A stretch of DNA of 64,000 bases from Mobula hypostoma (taxonomy: Eukaryota). The stretch's first letter is position 1, and each line of letters opens with the position of its first letter. The stretch lies in contig NC_086108.1 of NCBI RefSeq assembly GCF_963921235.1, positions 19,034,001 to 19,098,000 on the forward strand. Reading direction: 5' to 3'. Below the pieces are notes generated by a model. That model saw only the letters and a list, made by a program, of their open reading frames with translations, was not told where the DNA came from and did not search any database. This document shows, in pieces, positions 11,516-22,990 of this stretch. The translations under genes were made by a program, and so were the position numbers.

Positions 11516-11591
11516 AGTTGCCCTTGACCGTAGGCGTTCCCACTCCCAATTCCACCAGCTGCTGCAGCGATGCATTTGCACTGAATGTTGA
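11516..11591 (+). CDS. Candidate terminal coding exon of the same gene: (R)VALDRRRSHSQFHQLLQRCICTEC*
   Basis: Long polypyrimidine acceptor ...cccatctctccag/A. Phase 2 completes AG+A=Arg. CpGs retained; TGA at 11589-11591. Confidence 0.65.
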
Positions 11592-11616
11592 GACAGTGTT
11601 TGCACTTACCTGCAGC

Positions 11617-12675
11617 ATCACACACAAAATGCTGGAGGAACTCAGCATGTCAGGCAGCATCTATGGAGGGGAATGAACACTCGATGATTTGGGCTGAAAA
11701 CTTTCATCAGGACTGGAAAGGAAGGGAGTAGAAGCCAGAATAAGAAGGTGGGGGATGAGAAGGAGTACAAGCTGGCGGGTGATAAGTGAGACCAGGTGAA
11801 AGAGAAGCTGGGTGGTTGGGGGAGGGGGAATGAAGTGAGGAACTGGGACGTGACAGGTGGAAAGGGGAAAGGGCTAAAGAAGGAGGAATCTAATAGGAGA
11901 GGAGAGTGGATCATGGGAGAAAGGCAAGGAAGACGAGCACCATAGGGAGATAATTGGCAGGTGAGGAGAAATGAAGGGGTAAGGGAGAGCCAGACTGGGG
12001 AAAGAAAAAAGAGAGAGGGGGGAGAAATTACCAGAAGTTAGAGAAATCAATGTTCATGTCATCAGGCTAGAGGCTACTCAAATGGAATATGAGTATTGCT
12101 CCTCCAACCTGACAGTGGCCTCATCATGGCAGTAGAGGAGGCCATGGACCAATATGTCGGAATGTGAATGAGGGGTAAAATTAAAATGGGCGTCATGCTA
12201 CATGTTGTGCCAGATGAAGTAAAGATGCTCAGTCAAGTGGTCCACTAGTTTACATCAGGTCTCACCATGTAGGGGAGACTGCAGCTGAGCACTGGATTCA
12301 GCAGGTGAACCTGGCAGACTCATAGCTAAAGTGTTGCGTCACCTGGAATGATTGCTTGGGGCCATGAATAGCGGAGAGAGAGCAGATGCAGGGCAAGGTG
12401 TTGCACTTGTCCCACTTGTGGCGTTAAGTCCAAGAGGGAGATCAGTGGGGAGGAACGGAGAGAGCAATCCCTGTGGAAAGTGGAGAGTGGGGGAGAGGGA
12501 AAGATGTGTTTAGTGGTAGGCTCTCTTTGAAGATGGTGGAACATACAGATAATGAGGTGCAGAAACATCAACTGTTTATCCCCTTCCATAGATGCTGCCT
12601 GACTTGCCGAATTCCTCCAGCATTTTGTGTGTGTTGCTCTGGATTTCCTGCATTTGCAGAATCCCTTGTGTTTAT
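11617..12675 (-). mobile_element. PLE with decayed linker/GIY-YIG endonuclease region and inverted terminal repeat
   Basis: Minus strand gives FHHLQREPTTKHIFPSPPLSTFHRDCSLR and a degenerate GPKQSFQV segment; inverted arm and tail at about 12560-12675. Confidence 0.9.
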
Positions 12676-13065
12676 GTCTGCTTACCTGTACCCAGATTCT
12701 TAAGACCAAGAACACTATTCCAAGGTGTTCCCTACTCTCATACTTCTGGTTTTGTTCTCCCTTTCCTTCTCTCACCTTTTTCTCTTTCTTTGTCCTTCTC
12801 TTTAATATCATACTCTCTTCTTTCTCTCTCTCTCTCCCCCTCTCCCTCTATTACCCCCCCCCCATCCACTCTCTCATTCTATTCTTGGATCCTCATTTTC
12901 CCCAGAGGGTCCTGCTGAGATTTGCCAATGTACTGGCTCACACTCACACAAAGGGTGCCATTGGCAGGGATGGCACATTGTACTTGATTAATAAGCAAAC
13001 CAAACCTCACTGTTGCCCAAATCCAAACCACAATTCCCTCTGAATCTGAATGCATACTTGCTTAC

Positions 13066-13310
13066 GCAAACACAAGGAATTCTGCAGATGCTGGAAATTC
13101 AAGCAACACACATCAAAGTTGCTGGTGAATGCAGCAGGCCAGGCAGCATCTCTAGAAAGAGGTACAGTCGACATTTCGGGCTGAGACCCTTCGTCAGGAC
13201 TAACTGAAAGAAGAGCTAGTAACAAAGGGTCTCAGCCCGAAACATCGACTGTACCTCTTCCTAGAGATGCTGCCTGGCCTGCTGCGTTCACCAGCAACTT
13301 TGATGTGTAT
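13066..13310 (-). mobile_element. Young fold-back PLE insertion
   Basis: 89-bp inverted arms (13103-13191, 13225-13313; 5 mismatches), a ~38-nt tail, and the flanking direct repeat TGCATACTTGCTTAC (13051-13065, 13311-13325). Confidence 0.93.
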
Positions 13311-13489
13311 TGCATACTTGCTTACTCTCTGATTCCAAAATTACACATACACTTGCCTTAAAGAATTCACATAAGAAGTGTTAATTCCTAAACTCCACAC
13401 AGAGCAGATATGACGCAATGGCTAGTGTAATGGAGAATAGCAACTTTCTCAAAGTTCACTCCATTGCTTTGTAGACATTTTTAGAGTTT

Positions 13490-13830
13490 TAGGGTCATAC
13501 AGCAGAGAAACAGGCCACTCAGCCCATCACATCAATGCTAACCACTGGGGACCATTCATCACTTTCTTTTCTAACTTGTTGTATAGTATTCTATGTATGG
13601 AAAATTCAGGTATTCACTTATAAAGCTGTCACTGGCTGCTGTCCCACCTCTCTAGCAGAGTATTTCATTAATTCATCACTGTGTGAAGAAGTCCCCCACA
13701 GATCCCCTCTAATCTCTTACCCCTTACCCTGAATCTCTGGGCTGTCTGGTAATAATTACTGCAGTCTACACCATATGTGCTCCTAATGTTATGTATCTAA
13801 TCCTCCTGCAAAAATCTAGATGATCCCATC
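13490..13830 (-). mobile_element. Old CR1 3' fragment
   Basis: catacagcagagaaacaggcc tail and tcactgtgtgaagaagtcccccacagatcccctctaa, both reverse CR1 motifs. Confidence 0.65.
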
Positions 13831-14649
13831 TAATAGCAATCCTCACCTGAGCTGCTGGTTGTTTTCATTAGGAAAGGGAATAAGAACCCTGGATGATTTG
13901 TCTGCTCAAATCCCAATTGCCCATGACCCCTGATCTCACCAACCTATGTTTGTTCCCACCCTGACATTCTCTCAATCTGAAAATCCTTATTTTGGATTCA
14001 GACCCCTCCAGAGTCACACCTCTATGAACTCTTTGACCTCTTCCATCTCCACAATCTTCTCCTCCTCCAGTCCAGGCCTCTAAACCTCTGAAAAATTAAC
14101 CATATTTTTTAAAAATGCAAATGCTGGGAATCTGAAAGTAAATCAGAAAAATTGTGGAAATACCAGCAGGTCAACAGCATCTGTGGACAAAGAAACATTA
14201 CCATTCAAATAGATGACTCTTCATCACCCCAAATTTAAATATTCCCTCTCTACCTCTCTCTACTTCTTTAAGATCTTCCCTGAAAGTTACCATCTGACTA
14301 ACTGTATGCTCCTTCTATCTCCTTCCGGCACTTAGTTTCCTATTTTGTTTGACAGTCGGCAACTGGTGATTGGTTTATTGTTGTCAAATCTATTGAGATA
14401 CAGTGAAAAGTGATCTGGTTCCGGTTCCAAATGCCATTCACCTCTCCCCCAATGGTTCCCATTCTCACGTCCTTTACTTTTCAGTATCTAGCATTGGGAG
14501 TGCTTTGTGTTCCTGTTTATCTCCCTCTGGCAGCTGTCTATTATCTTCACAATCCTCCCATCTTGCTCTATTTTTCTCTCCATGTTTTTCTTTTTCTCTC
14601 TCTCTCCTTCTTTGTCTGCCTTCTTCTGTCACTCACCCGCCCTGCTCCA

Positions 14650-14865
14650 CTCCCCTAATTGGCACAACCTGTCTGTCACCTTACACCGCTCGTCTGTCCG
14701 ACATTACCGTGGACTCCTTTCTCACCATTCTCCTTCGCTTTACACTGACCACCTCCCCTCTCCACTCTCCATCCTGATGTAGGGTTTCATCTTGAAACAT
14801 TGACTGTTCCTTTCTCTTCCACGGACGCTGCTTGACCCAGTAAGTTTCCCCGGCACATTGTTGCA
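14650..14865 (+). mobile_element. PLE terminal repeat remnant
   Basis: cctgatgtagggtttcatcttgaaacattgact...gacgctgcttgaccc. Confidence 0.7.
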
Positions 14866-16367
14866 ACAATACAAAGTTTTTGTTTGTATGCCACCCAGAC
14901 AGATCATTCTGTACATCAACTCTCGTAGAATATCTGTTTATTATGACCAGTCAACCTACTGAATCTGTGCTGTCCAATCCCGTTTACCTCCTCCTATGTA
15001 AACCCACTCATATACCAATCCACACTCCTTTGATTCTTTTCCAGTTAAGGGTATTTACAGTGGCCATTTAACCTATCAGCACCACCCACCCACATGGACT
15101 CTGTAGTACACACCGTGCACCACATCTGCACAGCAGCTTCCCAGGGTTTATCTAAACCCTGCATAGGTGAAAGATTAATCTCACCACTCACTGCCGCAAA
15201 TGTAAGCAGGAGAGAAATCTAACAGGTTTTTAAAAAATATATATCACTATTTTTTAATTTCCTTTGAATTCTATAATTATTTGAAACACACCTGAAGGTG
15301 CGCTGTCAAGACTGTGCAGGAGACAACAAAAAGTTAGTCAAGGGGACTGGAGGTGTGGCGTTTAGGGGCAAGGGTTAAATAACAAATCTTCCAAGGTCTG
15401 ATCTAGCCAGCATCAGCATTTCCTGCTCTGACTCTCAGCCAGAAGAGGAAAGGACTTGACTGTCTATCCTCGAACTAAACACACCTTCTGAAGTTGGCCA
15501 GGTAAACAGCTCAGAGTAGCAGGGAGAAATAAGTGTGGAAATGGAAGGAGAGCAGGTGGGATGTGGGAGAAGAAGGAACCAGGGAACCCTGGTGTGGAGA
15601 ACAGAGACGCAGGTTAGAAAGATCGCCTTAGCAAAAGGGAATCCAGGAATCTTTGACCAGCAGTGAGATGGTAAGATGGCAAGCTAGAGGGATCTTAGGA
15701 GAGGGTCTCCACAGGATGGAGCCATTGAGCCATGATATCATCAGACATTTTCAGGTCATCTCTGGGGAGGGTATTTTAGAAAGAGAATATTGGCGGGTCA
15801 AGTATGGTGGAATTCACTCCAAAATTCTGTTCTTAACATGAGAACCTGACCAGCTTCACTGCGATGTGTTCCTTCTGTCATCCTCTCAATTCCTGAATCT
15901 GCTTGCAATTTAATCACCTGCTTAAAAATAACTTAACGAGCTGGTTGAAGAGGCTATCACCGTGATGGAATGCAGCAGCATCACTAAGCAGTGTAACTAT
16001 AGACTTTTTGTATATAAGCTACTGCCAATGGCAACGATGTGTAACAGACATGACATCCTCTTCACCATTTTATCCACACATGCCTTCCTCAAGCACCAGA
16101 AGTAAATACACTAAAATAACCAATACTTTATGTTCTCTAGTCTCTCACTTGGGTCGTTAAAGGAACAGTTCTTGAGTGATTGGGCAAGGGAGTTAGATTC
16201 ACATTCGTAGAGACAAGGTCAATAATGCAGGATGTCAGGAGTAGAGGTATAGTGATAGAGGGAGAAGATTTTAACATCAGTAGGGAGGTGTTGTGAGAGG
16301 ATCTATGGATGACAGGTTGGAAGAGCTATGTTATTATCAGTAGATATATAGGCCTAACCAGTCAGTC

Positions 16368-16743
16368 TCATCATCATCATCGTCTTAATGTGCCATGGGC
16401 GATCATGCTCTTTCCATGACCATGATTATTCTAGCCAAATTTTCCTACAGAAGTGGGTTGCCATTGCCTTCTTCTGGGCAGAGTCTTTACAAGATGGGTG
16501 ACCCCAGCCATTATCAATACTCTTCAGAGATTGCCTGCCTGGCATCAGTGGTCACATAACCAGGACTTATGATATACACCAGCTGTTTATATAACCATCC
16601 ACCACTTACTCCTATGGTTTCATGACACTCTGATCAGGGAATAAGCAGGTGCTACAGCTTGTCCAAGGGTGACCTGCAGGCTAGTGGAGGGAAGGAGCGC
16701 CTTACACCTCCTTTGGTAGAGACGTATCTCCACCCATCACCCA
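16368..16743 (-). mobile_element. Non-autonomous RTE-related short retroelement
   Basis: (GAT)n tail on the minus strand and GAAGGCAATGGCAACCCACTTCTG, which resembles the Bov-A/Sauria-SINE motif; no ORF. Confidence 0.65.
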
Positions 16744-17399
16744 TCAGATTCAGATTCAGATTTATTTATCACATGTACATTGAATGATACAGTGAATTGT
16801 GTCATTTGCATAAGCAACCAAAGATGTGCTAGAGGAAGCCCATAAGTGTTGCCACACATTCTGACACCAATATAGCATGCCCACAATGTGCGGCTGAACA
16901 CTGCATTGTGCTGTTTGTTTTAGACCACATGACTATGAATGTCCTCTAGACAAATAAAAACACAGTAACAGAGCCTTGGTCGGAATGGATGAGTTGGACT
17001 GGAGTGCCTGTTCCTGTGTTTTTACTCTGACTCTGGAACACAAGCTCCTGGTCATAGATTACATAAAAGGGGGATTTGGTGATCTATGTACATAAAAAGA
17101 TTGCTGGCTGGTACACCAAGTAGATTGGAAAGCTAGTGAGATGTGGGCACACCCTGTGCAGACAACTTACAAGAAGTTAGTGAGACGACAATTTAGTACA
17201 GTTTTTGTATTTGACTGGGAATGTCATGCATGAGTCAGATTTGTGTGTCAGGTAATATCAATCCCTGTGCCAGTAAAACTGTAGCCCATTGTACTGGGAG
17301 TGACCATCTTGGGGTGGAAGGGCCAGGGTACCCTCACAGTCATCCCATAATTAACATAATTGTTCCTGAACTAACTTCTGCCCTTCAGGCAAGTCCACC

Positions 17400-17870
17400 A
17401 GAATACCAACCTCCTACCAATAATCTCACCCCCAGTCTTCAGATCCTAACCAAAGATCCAAATCACTGACCCCCATCTCCTGAAGATCCAGATCCAGCCC
17501 AGAGTCCCTGAAACACAGAAACCCCAAAACTATGAAACTAAAACTCTCAGACCCCAAACACCAGCAGCCCCAAGCTCAGGTACCCCATACCCTAAAAACC
17601 CGAAATCCCAGGCATCCCAAAATCCAAACACTCAAACTGATGAGTTGCTAAATCCAAAGATCCCAAACCCAGAGAATCCAAACTCTGAGAACACAGAGAT
17701 CCCAAGCCCAGAGAAACTGACACCCAAAACTCTGAGTCCCTAACCTCTCCATAAAGCCCAATTTTCCCAGTGACCATCACCTCCCTAAAGAACCCACGAC
17801 TAAAGAAAGCACGACTAAAACTGGCAGTCCCAGAGACCCTGATGTTTCCCTGAAACTCTGCTCTAACCAG
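17400..17870. repeat. Degenerate C/A-rich minisatellite-like tract
   Basis: Recurrent cccaaa/cccaga/aaactc units with strong strand asymmetry. Confidence 0.5.
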
Positions 17871-18084
17871 AGACTGTGCCCAAGCAGGGAACAGCAGATC
17901 AGTGTAATACATGTTTCTCTAGAGAGCCAGATTTCATTCTCCATGGAGATAGGTGGTATGGTGGTGCAATGTGTGCTACTGTGTCACCGCTCCAGTGGTC
18001 CGAGTTCAGCATTCCCCATGTGACGTGGTAAAAAGAATCAGACGAGTTTCACTGGGAATGTGTGAGAGAGTAAATTATAGAATC

Positions 18085-18490
18085 AAATAGCATAGAAACA
18101 GACCATTTGTGCCATACCAACCAAGGCACCCATATAAGCTCATTCTATTTGCCTGCATTTGGCCCAAAATCCTCTAAACCTTTCCTACTCATGTTTGAGT
18201 CTAAAGGTCATCTAAACATTGTTAACATACCTTCCTCTGGGAGCTTATTCCATATCAGACCACCCACCTTCTGTGTGAAAATGTTGCCCTCTCATGCCTC
18301 TCACCCTAAACCTATGCCCTGCACTTCTTGATTCCCCAACCCTGTGGAAAAGCCTGTGAACATTCATTATACCTATTATATGATTTTATACACCTCTTCA
18401 GTCATCTCTCAAACCTTTACACTCCAATGAATGAAGTGCCAACCTGCTCAACCTCTCTCCATAGCTCAGACCTTCAAGTCCCAGGAACAG
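18085..18490 (-). mobile_element. CR1 3' fragment
   Basis: atagcatagaaacagacc tail; ctgtgtgaaaatgttgcccctc; tgattttatacacctc. Confidence 0.75.
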
Positions 18491-19045
18491 AATCAGATAT
18501 TTCCACTGTGCTTTTTCCAGCTTCAAGATGCAGAAGTATTATGAGGTAAGTAGACAGTGAATGGGAGTAGATGTGGATTCAATAACCTATATGGCTTCCT
18601 TTGCTGTAAATATGTAAGCAAACTTATATGCACGCATAAGACTTCAGAAAAATGAAAGGTTATCTAATCAAGATCTTCACAGGGCTGATATATCCCCTAT
18701 GGGTTTGCATAGAACTATGGGAGACAGTCTCAAAATGAGGGGTCAGCCAGTCAGGACAGGGTTGCAGAGACTCTTTTTTTACCCAGAGACTGGTGAATGT
18801 TTGGAATTCAGGAACCAAGAGGGCTGTGGAATCACTCCGTGTATTCAAGAATGAGAACAACATTGGTATTGGTAAATGGTTTATAGCCACGTGTACTGAG
18901 ATATAGTGAAAAGCTTTAGTTTGCTTGCTATCCAGGCTGATCACTCCTAAGTACACAGAGGTTAAAAAGTTAAAATCAGAATGCAGAATAAAGTGCAGTA
19001 CAGGTAAACAACTGAAGTGCAAGCGTCATGATGAGTTAGACTGAG

Positions 19046-20176
19046 AGATGTAGTGTATTTGGATTTCAGCAAAGCATTTGATAAGGTACCCCTTGCAAGG
19101 CTGATTGAGAAAGTAAGGAGGCATGGGATCCAAAGGGACATTGTTTTCTGGATCTAGAATTGGCTTGCCCACAGAAGGCAAACAGTGGTTGTAGATGAGT
19201 TATATTCTGCATGGAGGGTGGTGACCAGTGGTGTGCCTCAAGAGTCTGTTCTGGGACCCCTACTCTTAGTGATTTTTATAAATGATCTGGATGAGGAAGT
19301 GGAAGGATGAGTTAGTAAATTTGCTAATGACACAAAGATTGGGGGTGTTGTGGATAGTGTGGTGGGCTGTCAGGGGTTACAGTGGGACATTGATAGGATG
19401 CAAAACCGGGCTGAGAAGTGGCAAATGGAGTTCAAACCAGATAAATGTGAGGTGGTTCATTTTGGTAGGTCAAAAATGATGGCAGAATATAGCATTAATG
19501 GTAAGACTCTTGGCAGTGTGGAGGATCAGAGGGATCTTGGGGTCCGAATCCATAGGACACTCAACGCTGCTACGTAGGTTGGCCTTCATCAACCGTGGGA
19601 TTATGTTCAAGATCCGAGAGGTAATGTTACAGCTGTATAGGACCCTGGTCAGACCCCACTTGGAGTACTGTGCTCAGTTCTGGTCACCACACTACAGGAA
19701 GTATGTGGAAACTATAGAAAGGGTGCGGAGGAGATTTACAAGGATGTTGACTGGTTTGGGAAGCATGCCTTATGAGAATAGGTTGAGTGAACTTGGCTTT
19801 TTCTCCTTGGAGCAAAAGAGGATGAGAGGCGACCTGATAGAGGTGTATAAGATGATGAGAGGCATTGATCATGTGGATAGTCAGAGGCTTTTTCCCGGGG
19901 CTGAGATGGCTAGCACGAGAGGGCACAGTTTTAAGGTGCTTGGAAGTAGGTACAGAGGGTAGGTCAGGGGTAAGTTTTTTCCACAGAGAGTGGTGAGTGT
20001 GTAGAATAGGCTGCCGGCAACGGTGGTGGAGGTGTGACTCCTGGATAGGTACATAGATCTTAGAAAAAATAGATTGCTATGGGTAACTCGAGGTAATTTC
20101 TAAAGTAAGTACATGTTCGGCACAGCATTGTAGACCGTAGGGCCTGTATTGTGCTGTAGGTTTTCTATGTTTCTAT
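19046..20176 (+). mobile_element. CR1 LINE, 5'-truncated, RT core to 3' tail
   Basis: [66 protein letters not shown] and a (tttctatg)n tail; several stops. Confidence 0.96.
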
Positions 20177-20303
20177 CAAGAGTTCATCTCTGATCTATAA
20201 GGAGTCGTTCAAGGATCTTGTGGTGCTTGCTCTTAAGTTCATGCATCTTCAGCACTATGAGAGATGGGAGAAGAGAGAGTGACGTGAATGGCAAGGATCC
20301 CTG

Positions 20304-21112
20304 ATTCAAAGTATGTTTATTATCAAAGTGTGTATGCAATATACAATCCTGAGATTCATCTTCCCACAGACAGCCACTAAACAAAGAAGAACCATGGAAC
20401 CCGTTCATCAGGCCCCACCCTCCCCCCTTCCTTGTGCAAAAAAACCCAAATTATGCATATAACAACAAAATACAAGTGAAAACTCAGAATATAAAACACA
20501 AAATCAAAAGCTAAAAGCATTATCTGCAGGCCACTCTGATTCAAAAATCACCCAAAAAATAGCAACAAAAAAAGGAGTGACCAGAAAATAGAATACATCG
20601 TAAACGTGAATTATAGTTCACAATCCACAAATTGCTTAATTAAACCTTGTTCCAGTACCATCTGCCGACAGCAGCGAGGGATAGAGAGAGATCACTCAAC
20701 ACAAGGATCTTCCTTTGGGAGCAGCGAGCAAGAGGGAGAGAGACTACCACATGCAGACACCCTCCTCTGGCAGCAGCGATATGCCATACGTTTTCCAGAA
20801 ACAGCAGGATGTGTAAATGAATGGGTGTCTGGTTTGGATGATGACTCAAGGACAGCTTCTGTCCCACTATTTTAATGGACCTTTCACACACTGAAGGTGA
20901 AACTCATTCTACCCTGTCGTGGTCCTTGCACTTTATTTGTCGGCCTGCACTGTACTTCCTCTGTCAATGCAACATTCTATTCTGTATTCTGTTATTGTTT
21001 CCCTTTTGTACTGCCTCGATGTACTTGTACATATGGAATGAACTACCTGGAGGGCATACAAGCAAAAACTTTGTACTGTACATCAGTACAGGTAACAATA
21101 ATAAATCAATTA
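20304..21112. mobile_element. Two Rex1/Babar-type 3' UTR fragments (- then +)
   Basis: ttcaaagtatgtttattatcaaagtg tail on -, and gcactttatt...tgtacatcagtacaggtaacaataataaatc tail on +. Confidence 0.65.
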
Positions 21113-21369
21113 CCGGTATGCCTTGTTATTAAGCGAAATGAATGGAGATGGGTTAGTGCAGGGAATTGGCACTAAGGTAACCAATCAGCCATGATCTCAA
21201 TGAATGTCAGGATAAACATGATGGGCTGAATGTCCTCATCTTGCTTGAACTTATTAAAAATTTAATTCTCAGTTTAAGCCCCATATGCTCAAACACAGAC
21301 TGCTCATGAAGAGCCCACCAAGTACACTCCAGTCTGCATGCAGGTCGTTGTGGCTATGCAGTACTAGTT

Positions 21370-21900
21370 GCTTGGTGCTCAGTCATAATCTGATCTCATC
21401 AGTCACAGCCGCAGAGCACAGTGAGCCAGTAAAGTCATTTTAAAGCTCTGTAATATATTGTGTTGGCTGTGCAGATCAGCCCTCTGATCTGATAAATGTT
21501 TGGCAGGATAACATTCCTGATATCATCTCCCTCTAAGCGTTCAGAAGTGACACTTCTTTATTAGATCCACACACAGGCAGCTTCCTTATCAGGATTTTTG
21601 GATGATTCTGAATCCAAGTCAGGAGCAGAAACGCATGCAATATCCTGTTGGATTCGGCTGTCATTTCCTGTCAAGAGCTAGTAGCCATAGAAATCACCAT
21701 GGCAACTAGATGTACAGATTTATGCTGTTTGAGACTATTTCTTGGGGTGAAGAAAAGAATGGATTAGCCCTGAGATTAATGTGAAAAATGGATTTCAATT
21801 TCCGATCTCTGCCAGCACAGTGATGGGAGACAGCGGAGAGCCGTGAAGAAGGCAAGAGGCCTTTTGACAAGTAACAGATGACTCCACATTGGGCGTCAGG
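21370..21900. promoter_or_regulatory. Candidate conserved non-coding element with tandem RFX X-box-like motifs
   Basis: Repeat-free block; GTAGCCATAGAAAT at 21681-21694 overlaps ATCACCATGGCAAC at 21693-21706; GATA, GGATTA and TGACA motifs. Confidence 0.5.
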
Positions 21901-22049
21901 CACAGGTCCCCAGGATATGGTGGCTGAACTAGCTGGTGGGAGAGTGGGAACCCTTCAGAGGCTTAGCTTGCTTACCGTTGCTGGTAATGTCAGTGATATT
22001 CCTGGCAGCCAGTTTAGGAACAGGGACAGATCATTCAGCCCACACTTGT

Positions 22050-22315
22050 ATACTACACAGGAGGAGTCTATTTCATCCATTGAGTTTATGCTGGCTCACA
22101 AAGCAATCCCAACAAATTTTCCCCCAATAATTTTCCTTCAATTTACTCTCCCCACATTCCCATAAACCCTACCCTGCAGGCACCCACACAGTAGGAAGAA
22201 TGAACAGTGCCCATTTCGAGACATCTCTGGGACATAGGAGGAAACAAAAGCATCTGGTGGAAAACCCATGTAGTCACAGACAGGACCCGCAAACTCTGGA
22301 GAACCAGGACTGAAC
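22050..22315 (-). mobile_element. Degenerate V-SINE
   Basis: ggaggaaacaaaagcatctggtggaaaacccatgtagtcacag. Confidence 0.6.
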
Positions 22316-22490
22316 TATGACTCTGTGGCTAAGCACAGCTACAATACCATATTCAAGTTTGCTGATTACACCACTGTCATTGACCGTATCAAAGTTGGTG
22401 ATGAATCAGCATATAGAAGGGAGGTTGAAAATCTGGTTCATTGGTGTCATAACAACAACCGCTTACTCAATGTTAGCAAGACCAAGACAG
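22316..22490 (+). mobile_element. Rex1/Babar-type RT fragment
   Basis: AKHSYNTIFKFADYTTVIDRIKVGDESAYRREVENLVHWCHNNNRLLNVSKTK. Confidence 0.9.
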
Positions 22491-22544
22491 TGGCTCTACC
22501 AGATGCCCTACGGTGTCACCTAGAGACTCCTTCTTAATTGACAA

Positions 22545-22990
22545 GTTTGGTAAATTGGTAAATAGGTTAAAAAGTAAAGTGGAAAAACTGCTTTACATGT
22601 CATCTGTATAGAACATTTCATCACATCAGTACACTGAGATAATACAGCAGAAAAGCAATACCAGAAAGTAGAATAAAGTGTTAAAGAGACAGTGTAGTGC
22701 AGGTTGACAGTAAGGTGCAAGGTCACAATAAGGTACTGTAGATTGTGAGGTCAAAGTCTATCATAGTACAAGCAAACCATTCAGTAGTCTCGGATCAACA
22801 GAATAGAAGCTCTCCTTGAGCCTGGTGGTGCATGATTCTACTGCCTGATGGGAAGGGGGAGACAAGAGAATGTTCAGAGTGGTTGGGATCTATGATTATG
22901 TTGGCTGCTTCACTGAGGCAGTGAGAAGTGTAGACAGAAGGAGAGGAGGCTGGTTTTGTGGTGTGTTGAGATGTGTCCACAACTCTCTGT
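22545..22990 (-). mobile_element. Rex1/Babar-type 3' end
   Basis: SHCLSEAANIIIDPNHSEHSLVSPFPSG on the minus strand, plus tail. Confidence 0.8.

Noticed and set aside
11603..11614. Strong minus-strand donor CAG/gtaagtg
   Set aside because: Its upstream side runs straight into PLE sequence, so there is no plausible minus-strand exon.
9096..12700. Selenoprotein interpretation as the main call
   Set aside because: I recognise no SECIS, a PLE occupies the region just after the stop, and there is no redox-type motif around the TGA. Kept only as a testable alternative.
15440..15505. AG...GT-bounded exon-like segment
   Set aside because: Stop codons in all three frames.
16368..16743. Hammerhead or HDV-like ribozyme in the RTE-related element (CTGAAGAG on the minus strand)
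   Set aside because: No correctly placed GAAA or stems, and I could not build an HDV-like fold by eye.
19046..20176. Possible intact or domesticated reverse transcriptase
   Set aside because: It is 5'-truncated with stops and a deletion, and the catalytic ADD motif reads AND; an ordinary dead CR1 copy.
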